A stretch of 64,000 bases of DNA from Alphaproteobacteria bacterium (GTDB taxonomy: Bacteria; Pseudomonadota; Alphaproteobacteria; Bin95): positions 1,376,001 through 1,440,000 of the forward strand of contig OZ219787.1 of NCBI GenBank assembly GCA_964291285.2, in the 5' to 3' direction. Position numbers and translations under genes: made by a program. The notes below the pieces were generated by a model, which was not told where the DNA came from, made no database searches, and was given only the letters and a program-made list of their open reading frames with translations. Within the stretch, counting starts at the first letter, position 1; the number at the start of each line of letters is the position of its first letter. Positions 55,902 through 64,000 of this stretch are shown here, piece after piece.

Positions 55902-57835
55902 TGCCGTGGAATGACGATTTACACGGTGCCGCGCTTAACATTGCTGCGTCAGACGCATCACCCCTGCGTGTACGTGCAGGCCCTGGCACCGGCAAGACTT
56001 TTACGTTGATGCGCCGGATCGCGCGTTTCCTGGAGCAGGGAATCGAACCAGAGCGCATTCTTGTATGTACATTTACTCGGACAGCCGCGGCTGATCTGAA
56101 AGAAGCCGTCGTTGCGTTGAATGCGCCTGGAGCAGATAGTGTAAAAACGACTACCATCCATGGCCATTGTTTCGGAATCCTCATGCGAGATGATGTTTTG
56201 GCTTCGACCTCTCGGGTTCCTCGGCCGCTATTGGAGTTTGAGCGGCGCTTTCTCTTGGAGGATCTACCGGGAAACGCCTTCGGCACGATCCACGGCAAGC
56301 GGAAACGGCTCATGGCCTTTGAGGCGGCTTGGGCGAGACTCCAAGACGAGCAGCCAGGTTGGCCAAACGATGCAACGGATAAGGCTTTCCAAGCCGCGCT
56401 TCTTGATTGGTTGCGCTTTCATGGGGCAATGTTGATCGGCGAACTTGTACCGGAAGTCTTGCGTTATCTTCGGAACAACCCCGCGGCACGGGACTTTGAT
56501 CAGTTCACGGAGATTCTCGTTGACGAGTATCAAGACCTGAACGTCGCCGAGCAGGAGGTGATCGATCTACTTGCCATAGACGCGAAGTTGACAGTTATTG
56601 GTGACGAAGATCAATCGATCTATTCTTTCAAGTGCGCACACCCGGAAGGGATCGAGGAGTTTGACCTGAGAAATACCGGAACTGCAGACGAAACGTTGGA
56701 GGTATTTCGGCGGTGCCCAACCACAATTGTCGCACCGGCCAATGAATTAATCAGCAACAATAACGATAGAGTCAATCGATCTCTGTTGCCGCATGTGGAA
56801 AACGGCCAAGGGGAAGTCCATATCGTCCAATGGACAGATATCGAGGCGGAGGCGAACGGGTTAGCTCAATTCATCCGACAGCGTATCGTCGATGAACGAG
56901 TCCATCCCGGTCGGGTTCTCGTTCTCGCTCCACGCCGGGTGTTCGGCTATGCGGTTCGTGATGCCTTGACGGCGCTAGATGTGCCGGCCCACAGCTTCTT
57001 TCAGGAACAGGCGCTCGAAGGCGATCCAAAGAGCAGGGACGGTAGCAAGAAGCAGCAGGTATTTACCCTTTTGACGCTTGCGGCCGATCCAACTGACGCA
57101 GCAGCGCTTCGCTGCTGGTGCGGTTTCGGCAATCACTCTCTTCACGCCCCCGCTTGGGGACGGATTCGCGAATTGTGTCAGCAACCGGACCATTCCCTAA
57201 CGGATGTGCTTGAAGGCATTCGGGATGAGCGCATTTCGTTGTGTTATGGCAACTCTCTCCGCGACAGGCTTTCTGAACTTCGACAGCGGCTACAGGTTCT
57301 TGAGAATTTGGTTGGCCAAGCTTTTGTGGATGCATTGTTTCCAGCGGACGACTCCGACTTTGAGGAGCTTCGCGAACTGACTTCTAGTCTTCCTGAGGGT
57401 GCCGATGCCAAATCTCTCCTGGATATACTTCGCACACGCATCACCCAACCTGAATTGCCGACAGATGTCAATTATGTTCGCGTAATGAGTCTGCACAAAT
57501 CAAAGGGTCTGACCGCCGATCTCGTAATCGTGATGGGTTGTGTTGAAGGACTAACTTCACACGTTGGTGATTCGCTATCGGAGGCAGAGAAGAACAAGGA
57601 TCTCGAAGAACAACGGCGACTGTTCTATGTTGCCGTGACTCGTTCACGTGATACACTAATTCTGTCGAGCGTCACACACTTGCCTCGAAACTTGGCTTAT
57701 CAACTTAAAGTGCGTATAACCGGTCGAAAGAATGTTGTTCCGACCATTACCTCACGCTTCATCCACGAGCTGGGTCCTAGAAGACCGAATCCGGTCAAAG
57801 GCGCGCAACTGCTCGAAACAGGGATTGGCGTATGA
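55901..57835 (+). CDS. UvrD/REP (SF1) helicase, lower GC than neighbours
   Basis: AGPGTGKT, DEYQD, GDEDQSIY, SLHKSKGL, EQRRLFYVAVTR. Confidence 0.92.
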   Translation: MPWNDDLHGAALNIAASDASPLRVRAGPGTGKTFTLMRRIARFLEQGIEPERILVCTFTRTAAADLKEAVVALNAPGADSVKTTTIHGHCFGILMRDDVLASTSRVPRPLLEFERRFLLEDLPGNAFGTIHGKRKRLMAFEAAWARLQDEQPGWPNDATDKAFQAALLDWLRFHGAMLIGELVPEVLRYLRNNPAARDFDQFTEILVDEYQDLNVAEQEVIDLLAIDAKLTVIGDEDQSIYSFKCAHPEGIEEFDLRNTGTADETLEVFRRCPTTIVAPANELISNNNDRVNRSLLPHVENGQGEVHIVQWTDIEAEANGLAQFIRQRIVDERVHPGRVLVLAPRRVFGYAVRDALTALDVPAHSFFQEQALEGDPKSRDGSKKQQVFTLLTLAADPTDAAALRCWCGFGNHSLHAPAWGRIRELCQQPDHSLTDVLEGIRDERISLCYGNSLRDRLSELRQRLQVLENLVGQAFVDALFPADDSDFEELRELTSSLPEGADAKSLLDILRTRITQPELPTDVNYVRVMSLHKSKGLTADLVIVMGCVEGLTSHVGDSLSEAEKNKDLEEQRRLFYVAVTRSRDTLILSSVTHLPRNLAYQLKVRITGRKNVVPTITSRFIHELGPRRPNPVKGAQLLETGIGV

Positions 57836-57902
57836 CCGCGCGCCGCAAGATTCTGATCATCACCGGGCCGACCGGACCCGCACAGCCGCGCGGCGCCGCC
57901 CC

Positions 57903-60900
57903 ATGACCGCCGAGCGCGACACCCGCCTGATCGAGGTGGATTTTCCGCTGGAGCGGGTCTCGATCGACTCCGTGCATGAGAAGAACGTCCGGCACGGGCA
58001 TATCTCGACCCTGCATATCTGGCCGGCGCGGCGACCCTTGGCGGCGTGCCGGGCGGCGCTGGTGGCGACGCTGCTGCCCGATCCCGGTGATGCGGCGGCA
58101 CGGCAGGCCCTCTACAGCCGGCTGGCGGGCGAGGTCATCGAGACGGTCAAGGCCGAACGCCGCGGCGGCCGCGCGTTGGATCAGCACCGACGCGAGACCT
58201 CAGGCGGCCTGCTGCACTGGGGGCGCGAGGACGGCCCGGACCTGCAATGGTTCCGCGAGCGCATCCGCCAGGCCCATGGCGGACGCGCGCCCAGGGTGCT
58301 GGACCCGTTCGCCGGCGGCGGCGCGATTCCGTTGGAGGCGATGCGGCTGGGCTGCGAGGCCACCGCCATCGACATCAACCCGGTCGCCTGGTTCATCCTG
58401 AAATGCACGCTCGACTATCCGTACCGCCTTGCTGGCGAGGCCCTCCCGCTGCCTGATTTTGCGCGCGCCGACAGCGACTTCATGGCGGCGTTCCTCAAGG
58501 CCAGGGGGTTCAAGGGCAAGGCCCTGGCCCGCCAACTTGCCGCGCTCGGCCTAGGCGAGGACGCTGGCGATGCGGAGCCGGGGCTGCTCGACGACGCCCC
58601 GGAAACCGGCGGCGATCTTCTCCAGGCCGACCTCGCCTGGCAGTTGCGCGCCTGGGGCCGATATGTGCTGGCCCGCGTCCGCGCGGCGCTGGCGGAGCGC
58701 TATCCCACCTATGCCGAATTCCAGGCGCTCGTGCCCGGCGGCAAGTCCTGTGAGGAACGGCCGCTCGCGCTGCTGGCGCCGGATGAAAGGGGCGAGACTG
58801 ACGCCGGGCCATTGAACGACAGGTTCGACGGGGCACATCTGGAGGACCCGCGCAACCCGCGCTGGGTGCCGAAACCGACAGTGGCGTATCTGTGGGCGCG
58901 CACGGTGCGCTGCAAGGGCTGCCGGGCGACATTGCCCCTGCTCAAGACGCGCTGGCTCTGCAAGAAGGACAACAAGCGTATCCTGCTCACGATGGCGTCG
59001 AACGCGGACGGCACCGGCGTCGATTTCGGCGTCGAGACCGACGTGCCACGGGCTGGCGGCAATGCGGCGCAGCAGCGCGAGCACGACAAACGGCTCGGCG
59101 CAGGCACGATGAGCCGCAGCGGTGCGCGCTGCCCTTGCTGCCCAACGATCATGACCATGGAGGATATCCGCCTCGAAGGCCGCGCCGGGCGGCTGGGCGC
59201 TATCATGACCGCCGTGGTCGTGGACGGGCCGAAGGGCAAGGAATACCGGCTGCCGCAAGACGAGGAACTGCGCGCCGCGGAAGTCTCCGCCGACGAACTG
59301 GAAGCGCTGTATGCCGACATTCCCTTCGGGCTGCCGATGGAGCTAACACCGCGCCAGGGGCGGGGCGCTGCCCGCGCCTTCTCGGTGGAGAATTACGGCC
59401 TCGACCGCTGGGGCAAGCTGTTCACCGACCGGCAGCTTCTGGCGCTGGGTTCGGTGCTGCGGGAGATGCGCCGGTGCGCCGACGCGATGGCGGACCTCCC
59501 GCCAGAATGGCGGGAGGCTATCCTGGCCTGTCTGGCCCCGTCGCTCGGCCGCCTCGCCGACCGGGGCAGCGCGCTTGCGACCTGGACCAACGACCCGGAG
59601 AAAATCCGCAGCACGTTCGCTCGTTTCGCGCTGCCCGTCGTCTGGGACTTCGCCGAATCCTGTCCGCTAGCCGACACCACCGGCGGCTTCGTCCAGGCCG
59701 TCGAGTGGATCGCCCGCGTCGTCGAACATCTGCAAGACGCGACAAACGGCGCGCCCAGCGTAACGGTGCTGCGGCAGTCGGCCCTCGCATCCGTTCCCGG
59801 CGGTTTCGACGCCATCGTCACGGACCCGCCCTATTACGACGCCATCCCCTATTCGGACCTGATGGATTTCTTCCATGTCTGGCTGCGCCGGGCGCTGCAT
59901 GGCGTCGTGCCGGACGCCGAACCGGCGTTCGCCGACCCTCTCGGCCCGAAATGGAATGCGGCCGGCAGCGACGGCGAACTGATCGACGACGCCAGCCGGT
60001 TCGGCGGCGACCGGGCGGCGTCCAAGCAGGCCTATGAAGACGGCATGGCCCGCGCCTTCCAGGCCTGCCACGAGGCGCTGAAGCCGGAGGGCCGGCTGGT
60101 CGTCGTCTTCGCGAACAAGTCCCCCGACGCCTGGGAGACCCTGGTCGCGGCGCTGATCCGCGCCGGGTTCGTCGTCACCGGCTCCTGGCCGATCCAGACC
60201 GAGATGCAGACCCGGCAGCGTTCGCTGTCCTCTGCCGCCCTCGCCTCCTCGGTCTGGCTCGTCTGCCGCAAGCGCCCGCCGGCCCGGCCGGGCTGGGACA
60301 GCGCGGTGCTGGCCGAGATGCGCGAGAACATCGTGCGGCGGCTGCGCGGCTTCTGGGATGCCGGCATCCGCGGGCCGGACTTCGTGTGGGCCGCGACGGG
60401 GCCGGCGCTCGAAGCCTTCTCCCGGCATCCGGCGGTGAAGAAGGCCGATGCGCCCGGCGAGACCATGGCGGTCTCCGAATTCCTGCGCGAGGTGCGCCGC
60501 ATGGTGGTCGATTTCGTCGTCGGCCGGGTGCTGACCGGCGACGGCGACCCCGAGGCGGTGCGCGGCCTCGATGATGTGACGACCTATTACCTGCTGCACC
60601 GCGGCGATTTCGGCCTGGGCGAGGCCCCCGCCGGGGCCTGCATCCTCTATGCGCTGTCCTGCAACCTGTCCGACCGCGACCTCTCCGACCGATTCGCCAT
60701 CCTGTCACGACCTGGCCGCGTCCAATCCGACGAATCAGATGACGACGGGACCGGCGAGGAAGACGAGGACGGCGGCGGCGCTGCGGGTGCCGGCGGCGGG
60801 GGCGGCAAGGCGAAGCTGCTGCCCTGGAACCGGCGCAAGGCCAGAGGGCTGGGACTCGAAGGTCCGGGCGGGCGCCCCGCGCCGCTGATCGACCGGGCGC

Positions 60901-61124
60901 ACCGGCTGATGCAGCTCTGGCGCGCGGGCGACGAGGCGAAGGTGAACGCCTATATCGACGACAGCGGCCTCGCGCGCCACGCCCTGTTCGCGCGGCTGCT
61001 GCAGGCGCTGATCGAACTGGCGCCAGCCGGCTCGGAGGAACGCGCGATCCTCGAATCCCTCTCCAACCACCTCGCCACCCGCGCCGGCCTCGCCGCCCCG
61101 CGCCAGGCAAGGCTGGAAGTCTAA
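57903..61124 (+). CDS. DUF1156-containing adenine DNA methyltransferase
   Basis: TLHIWPARRPLAACRA, DPFAGGG, two CxxC pairs, TDPPYY. Confidence 0.93.
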   Translation: MTAERDTRLIEVDFPLERVSIDSVHEKNVRHGHISTLHIWPARRPLAACRAALVATLLPDPGDAAARQALYSRLAGEVIETVKAERRGGRALDQHRRETSGGLLHWGREDGPDLQWFRERIRQAHGGRAPRVLDPFAGGGAIPLEAMRLGCEATAIDINPVAWFILKCTLDYPYRLAGEALPLPDFARADSDFMAAFLKARGFKGKALARQLAALGLGEDAGDAEPGLLDDAPETGGDLLQADLAWQLRAWGRYVLARVRAALAERYPTYAEFQALVPGGKSCEERPLALLAPDERGETDAGPLNDRFDGAHLEDPRNPRWVPKPTVAYLWARTVRCKGCRATLPLLKTRWLCKKDNKRILLTMASNADGTGVDFGVETDVPRAGGNAAQQREHDKRLGAGTMSRSGARCPCCPTIMTMEDIRLEGRAGRLGAIMTAVVVDGPKGKEYRLPQDEELRAAEVSADELEALYADIPFGLPMELTPRQGRGAARAFSVENYGLDRWGKLFTDRQLLALGSVLREMRRCADAMADLPPEWREAILACLAPSLGRLADRGSALATWTNDPEKIRSTFARFALPVVWDFAESCPLADTTGGFVQAVEWIARVVEHLQDATNGAPSVTVLRQSALASVPGGFDAIVTDPPYYDAIPYSDLMDFFHVWLRRALHGVVPDAEPAFADPLGPKWNAAGSDGELIDDASRFGGDRAASKQAYEDGMARAFQACHEALKPEGRLVVVFANKSPDAWETLVAALIRAGFVVTGSWPIQTEMQTRQRSLSSAALASSVWLVCRKRPPARPGWDSAVLAEMRENIVRRLRGFWDAGIRGPDFVWAATGPALEAFSRHPAVKKADAPGETMAVSEFLREVRRMVVDFVVGRVLTGDGDPEAVRGLDDVTTYYLLHRGDFGLGEAPAGACILYALSCNLSDRDLSDRFAILSRPGRVQSDESDDDGTGEEDEDGGGAAGAGGGGGKAKLLPWNRRKARGLGLEGPGGRPAPLIDRAHRLMQLWRAGDEAKVNAYIDDSGLARHALFARLLQALIELAPAGSEERAILESLSNHLATRAGLAAPRQARLEV

Positions 61125-61125
61125 C

Positions 61126-63852
61126 ATGCGCACCAGCGGCGAGAGACAACGCAAGACGAAGGCGGCGACCAGTCCGACAATTGCAGGATCCGAGCCATTG
61201 GAAGCCGCCCGGCTGCTGCCGAACGGCGCGCGCTTCTACCGCTGCGCCCTGCAGGTCAATCCGTTCGCCTATCTCGAGCGCCACGGCAAATCGACCAACT
61301 TCCGTTCGGAGGCGGACTACAATGCGGCGATCGTCCGGGCTTGTTGCAAGGCCGGTATCGAAGTCGTGGCGGTCACCGACCACTACCGCGTCGAGACGTC
61401 CCGGGCGCTCTTGCGGGCCTGCCGCGAGGCCGGCCTTTTCGCGTTCACCGGCTTCGAGGCGGTTACGAAGGACGGCGTCCATTTCCTTTGCATTTTCGAC
61501 CCGGAGCAGGAAGCAAGGCTGGAAAGAGTGATCGGGGACTGCGGCGTCCACGATTCGAGCGCAGCTTCTCCCGTGGGAAGCCTCGACTCTCTTGAATTAC
61601 TGGCGAAGGCGCGTGAGTGGGGCGCGGTCGCCATCGCCGCGCATGTGGCTTCCAATGGCGGATTGCTGAAAACCCTCAGCGGGCAGCCCCGGATCAATGC
61701 CTGGACCTCGCCGGATCTGCTTGCCTGCGCGCTGCCGGGAGCGACCGTGAAGGCGCCGGATGGGATCCGACGAATCCTTGAGAACAAGGATCCCCAGCAC
61801 CGGCGCACCCGCGCGGTAGCGGTTGTCAACGCCTCGGATGTCAACGACCCGGCGGATCTGGAGAAAGACAGCGCATCCTGCTTCATCAAGATGTCGAAAG
61901 TCTCGGTCGAGGCATTCCGCCAGGCGTTCCTCGATTCGTGGTCGCGAATCCGGTTGCACAGCGACCCACCGTCTGAACCCCATGCCGAACTGGTCGCCGC
62001 AGCGTGGGAAGGCGGGTTTCTGGACGGCGTGTCCGTTCGCTTCAACGGCAATCTCAACACGTTGATCGGCGGCCGCGGCACCGGCAAGTCCACGGTGATC
62101 GAGAGCATACGCTACGCGCTCGGCCTCGACCCCCTGGGGGACGAGGCGCGCAAGATGCATGAAGAGACGGTCAGGCATGTCCTGAAACCGGGAACGAAGG
62201 TCTCGCTTCTGGTCCGCTCGCATCACCCGTCCGAAGCGCATTATGCAATCGAGCGCACCGTGCCCAATCCGCCGGTCGTCAGGGACGATGCGGGCAACCT
62301 GCTGGCCATGGCGCCGAGAGAGCTGATGCCGGGCGCGCAGGTGTTCGGCCAGCACGAAATCTCCGAACTGACAGGGAGCCCGGAAAGACTGACAAGCTTT
62401 ATCGAGCGCCGTGCGGGACGCGATGCATCGCTCTCGGCCCACAAGGCGGAAATGAGGTTGGTGCTCGAGAAATCGCGCCTGCGTATCGTGGAAACCTGGC
62501 GGGAAATCGAGGAATTGATGGCCCGGCTTGACGCCCTGCCCGGCCTGGAAGAGACACAGAAGCGCTTTCGCGAAGCGGGGCTGGAAGAGCGGTTCAGGGA
62601 GCGAAGCCTCCTCGTCAGGGAGGAGCGGCTGTTCTCGATTCTGGACGAACGGCTCGAACCCTTTCGGGCGTTGCTCAGGGCGTTGGGGGAGGATCTTCCC
62701 ATCGACGCCGCATTCGTTTCCGCCAGGGCGCTGGCCTCTCTGCCGAACGCGGATATCTTGCGCGAGACGGGCGATGTCCTGCAAACCCTGGGCGCACGGC
62801 TCGACGAGGCCCGCGCCGGGTTCGCCGCTGCCCTGACCGAGGCCGATGCGGCGATTACAGATATCCGGGAACGCTGGGACGAGCGGCGCGGCGCTATCGA
62901 AAGCGCGTATGAAAAACTGCTGCGCGATCACCAGAAATCCGGCATCGACGGCGCGGAATTCATCGAGCTGCGCAAGCAGCTCGAATATCTGCGCCCGCTG
63001 AAGGACCGGCTGGAACATCTCCGCAAGGATATGGAGATGCACGAAGCGCACCGCCGCGATCTGGTTTCGGAATGGGAGGATATCAAGGCACGGGAATATC
63101 GTGCGCTGGCGAAGGCGGCGAAGGAGATAAACGGCAAGCTCCGCCAGCAGGTCAAGGTCGAAGTCAGAATGGCGGGCGACCGCGAACCTCTGGAAAATCT
63201 GCTTCGGACGGTCGTCGGGGGAAACCTTGCGGCCGCGCTTGAGCGCCTGCACAAGTCCGACCCGTTATCGCTGCCCGGGCTTTCGCAATGCTGCCGGGAA
63301 GGCAAGGACTCCCTGATCTCGACTTACGACCTCCCGCCGGGCGCTGCGGAACGGATCGCCGACGCCGGCCGGGACCTGCACATGAAAATCGAGGAGCTCG
63401 AACTACCCGCGACAACCCATATCGAATTGAACACGGCTCCCAAGGGCGAACCGGAGGCATGGCGCCCGCTGGAAGCGCTCTCCAAGGGGCAGAAGGCGAC
63501 GGCGGTCCTGCTGCTTCTGCTGCTCGACGCCGAGGCGCCTCTGGTGATCGACCAGCCTGAAGACGATCTCGACAACAGGTTCATCACCGAGAGGATCGTT
63601 CCGATCGTGCGGCGCGAGAAGCGGCGGCGGCAGTTCGTTTTCTCGACGCATAACGCCAACATTCCCGTCCTCGGCGACGCCGAACTGATCCTCGGCCTCG
63701 CCGCGTCCGGCGAGGCCGGCGGCGGTCAAGCGAATATCGCGCCCGAGCATATGGGATCCATCGACTCGGAAGCTGTCCGTGAACTGGTCGAGGAGACGCT
63801 GGAAGGCGGCAGGAACGCCTTCGAGATGCGCCGCTCGAAATACGGGTTCTGA
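61126..63852 (+). CDS. PHP-domain + SMC-like ATPase (TrlF/Ppl-like)
   Basis: VTDH, AAH, ASD PHP motifs; GGRGTGKS; long coiled coil; LSKGQ, IDQPEDDLD, STHN. Confidence 0.88.
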   Translation: MRTSGERQRKTKAATSPTIAGSEPLEAARLLPNGARFYRCALQVNPFAYLERHGKSTNFRSEADYNAAIVRACCKAGIEVVAVTDHYRVETSRALLRACREAGLFAFTGFEAVTKDGVHFLCIFDPEQEARLERVIGDCGVHDSSAASPVGSLDSLELLAKAREWGAVAIAAHVASNGGLLKTLSGQPRINAWTSPDLLACALPGATVKAPDGIRRILENKDPQHRRTRAVAVVNASDVNDPADLEKDSASCFIKMSKVSVEAFRQAFLDSWSRIRLHSDPPSEPHAELVAAAWEGGFLDGVSVRFNGNLNTLIGGRGTGKSTVIESIRYALGLDPLGDEARKMHEETVRHVLKPGTKVSLLVRSHHPSEAHYAIERTVPNPPVVRDDAGNLLAMAPRELMPGAQVFGQHEISELTGSPERLTSFIERRAGRDASLSAHKAEMRLVLEKSRLRIVETWREIEELMARLDALPGLEETQKRFREAGLEERFRERSLLVREERLFSILDERLEPFRALLRALGEDLPIDAAFVSARALASLPNADILRETGDVLQTLGARLDEARAGFAAALTEADAAITDIRERWDERRGAIESAYEKLLRDHQKSGIDGAEFIELRKQLEYLRPLKDRLEHLRKDMEMHEAHRRDLVSEWEDIKAREYRALAKAAKEINGKLRQQVKVEVRMAGDREPLENLLRTVVGGNLAAALERLHKSDPLSLPGLSQCCREGKDSLISTYDLPPGAAERIADAGRDLHMKIEELELPATTHIELNTAPKGEPEAWRPLEALSKGQKATAVLLLLLLDAEAPLVIDQPEDDLDNRFITERIVPIVRREKRRRQFVFSTHNANIPVLGDAELILGLAASGEAGGGQANIAPEHMGSIDSEAVRELVEETLEGGRNAFEMRRSKYGF

Positions 63853-63854
63853 GC

Positions 63855-64000
63855 ATGACGACACGGACAGAGCTTCTGGAGATCATTGCGAACGGCGAGA
63901 ATTCCGGCGTCGAGTTCAAGCGCGACGATGTACGAAACCACGATCTCGCCAGGGAACTGGTCGCATTCTCCAACCTCGAAGGCGGCATGGTCCTGCTCGG
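63855..64000 (+). CDS. Schlafen/AlbA_2 domain protein, partial
   Basis: MTTRTELLEIIANGENSGVEFKR...LVAFSNLEGGMVLL. Confidence 0.85.
   Translation, partial: MTTRTELLEIIANGENSGVEFKRDDVRNHDLARELVAFSNLEGGMVLL

Noticed and set aside
55901-57835. Gabija (GajB)
   Set aside because: No adjacent OLD/TOPRIM nuclease GajA

Overview
High-GC, probably alphaproteobacterial, mobile/defence-rich window. From left to right: a partial SDR gene; an IS66-type element carrying a DUF4338 passenger gene; remnants of a DISARM class I locus (drmD, drmMI); a tandem pair of tyrosine integrases, the second split by an IS21; and a type I-E CRISPR array of 30 repeats split by an IS66. The array is followed by cas2-cas1-cas6e-cas5-cas7-cse2 and a truncated cas8e, with cas3 absent and an ISAs1 (DUF4338-fused transposase) at the break. 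Next come a metabolic block (deacetylase, three-subunit molybdenum hydroxylase, SDR), nested IS4/IS5 and IS256/IS630, two toxin-antitoxin pairs, a triple cold-shock-domain gene, and a single-polypeptide RM enzyme. A second tandem integrase pair precedes a defence operon (HTH-SNF2-DUF3883, UvrD, DUF1156 methyltransferase, PHP-ATPase, Schlafen/AlbA_2) that runs off the end. The most striking signal is a 768-bp 'spacer' bounded by two intact CRISPR repeats. It holds one complete phage-like gene and the 5' part of a phage-like cytosine methyltransferase, both oriented with array transcription. Family assignments come from motif recognition only; no database searches were run.
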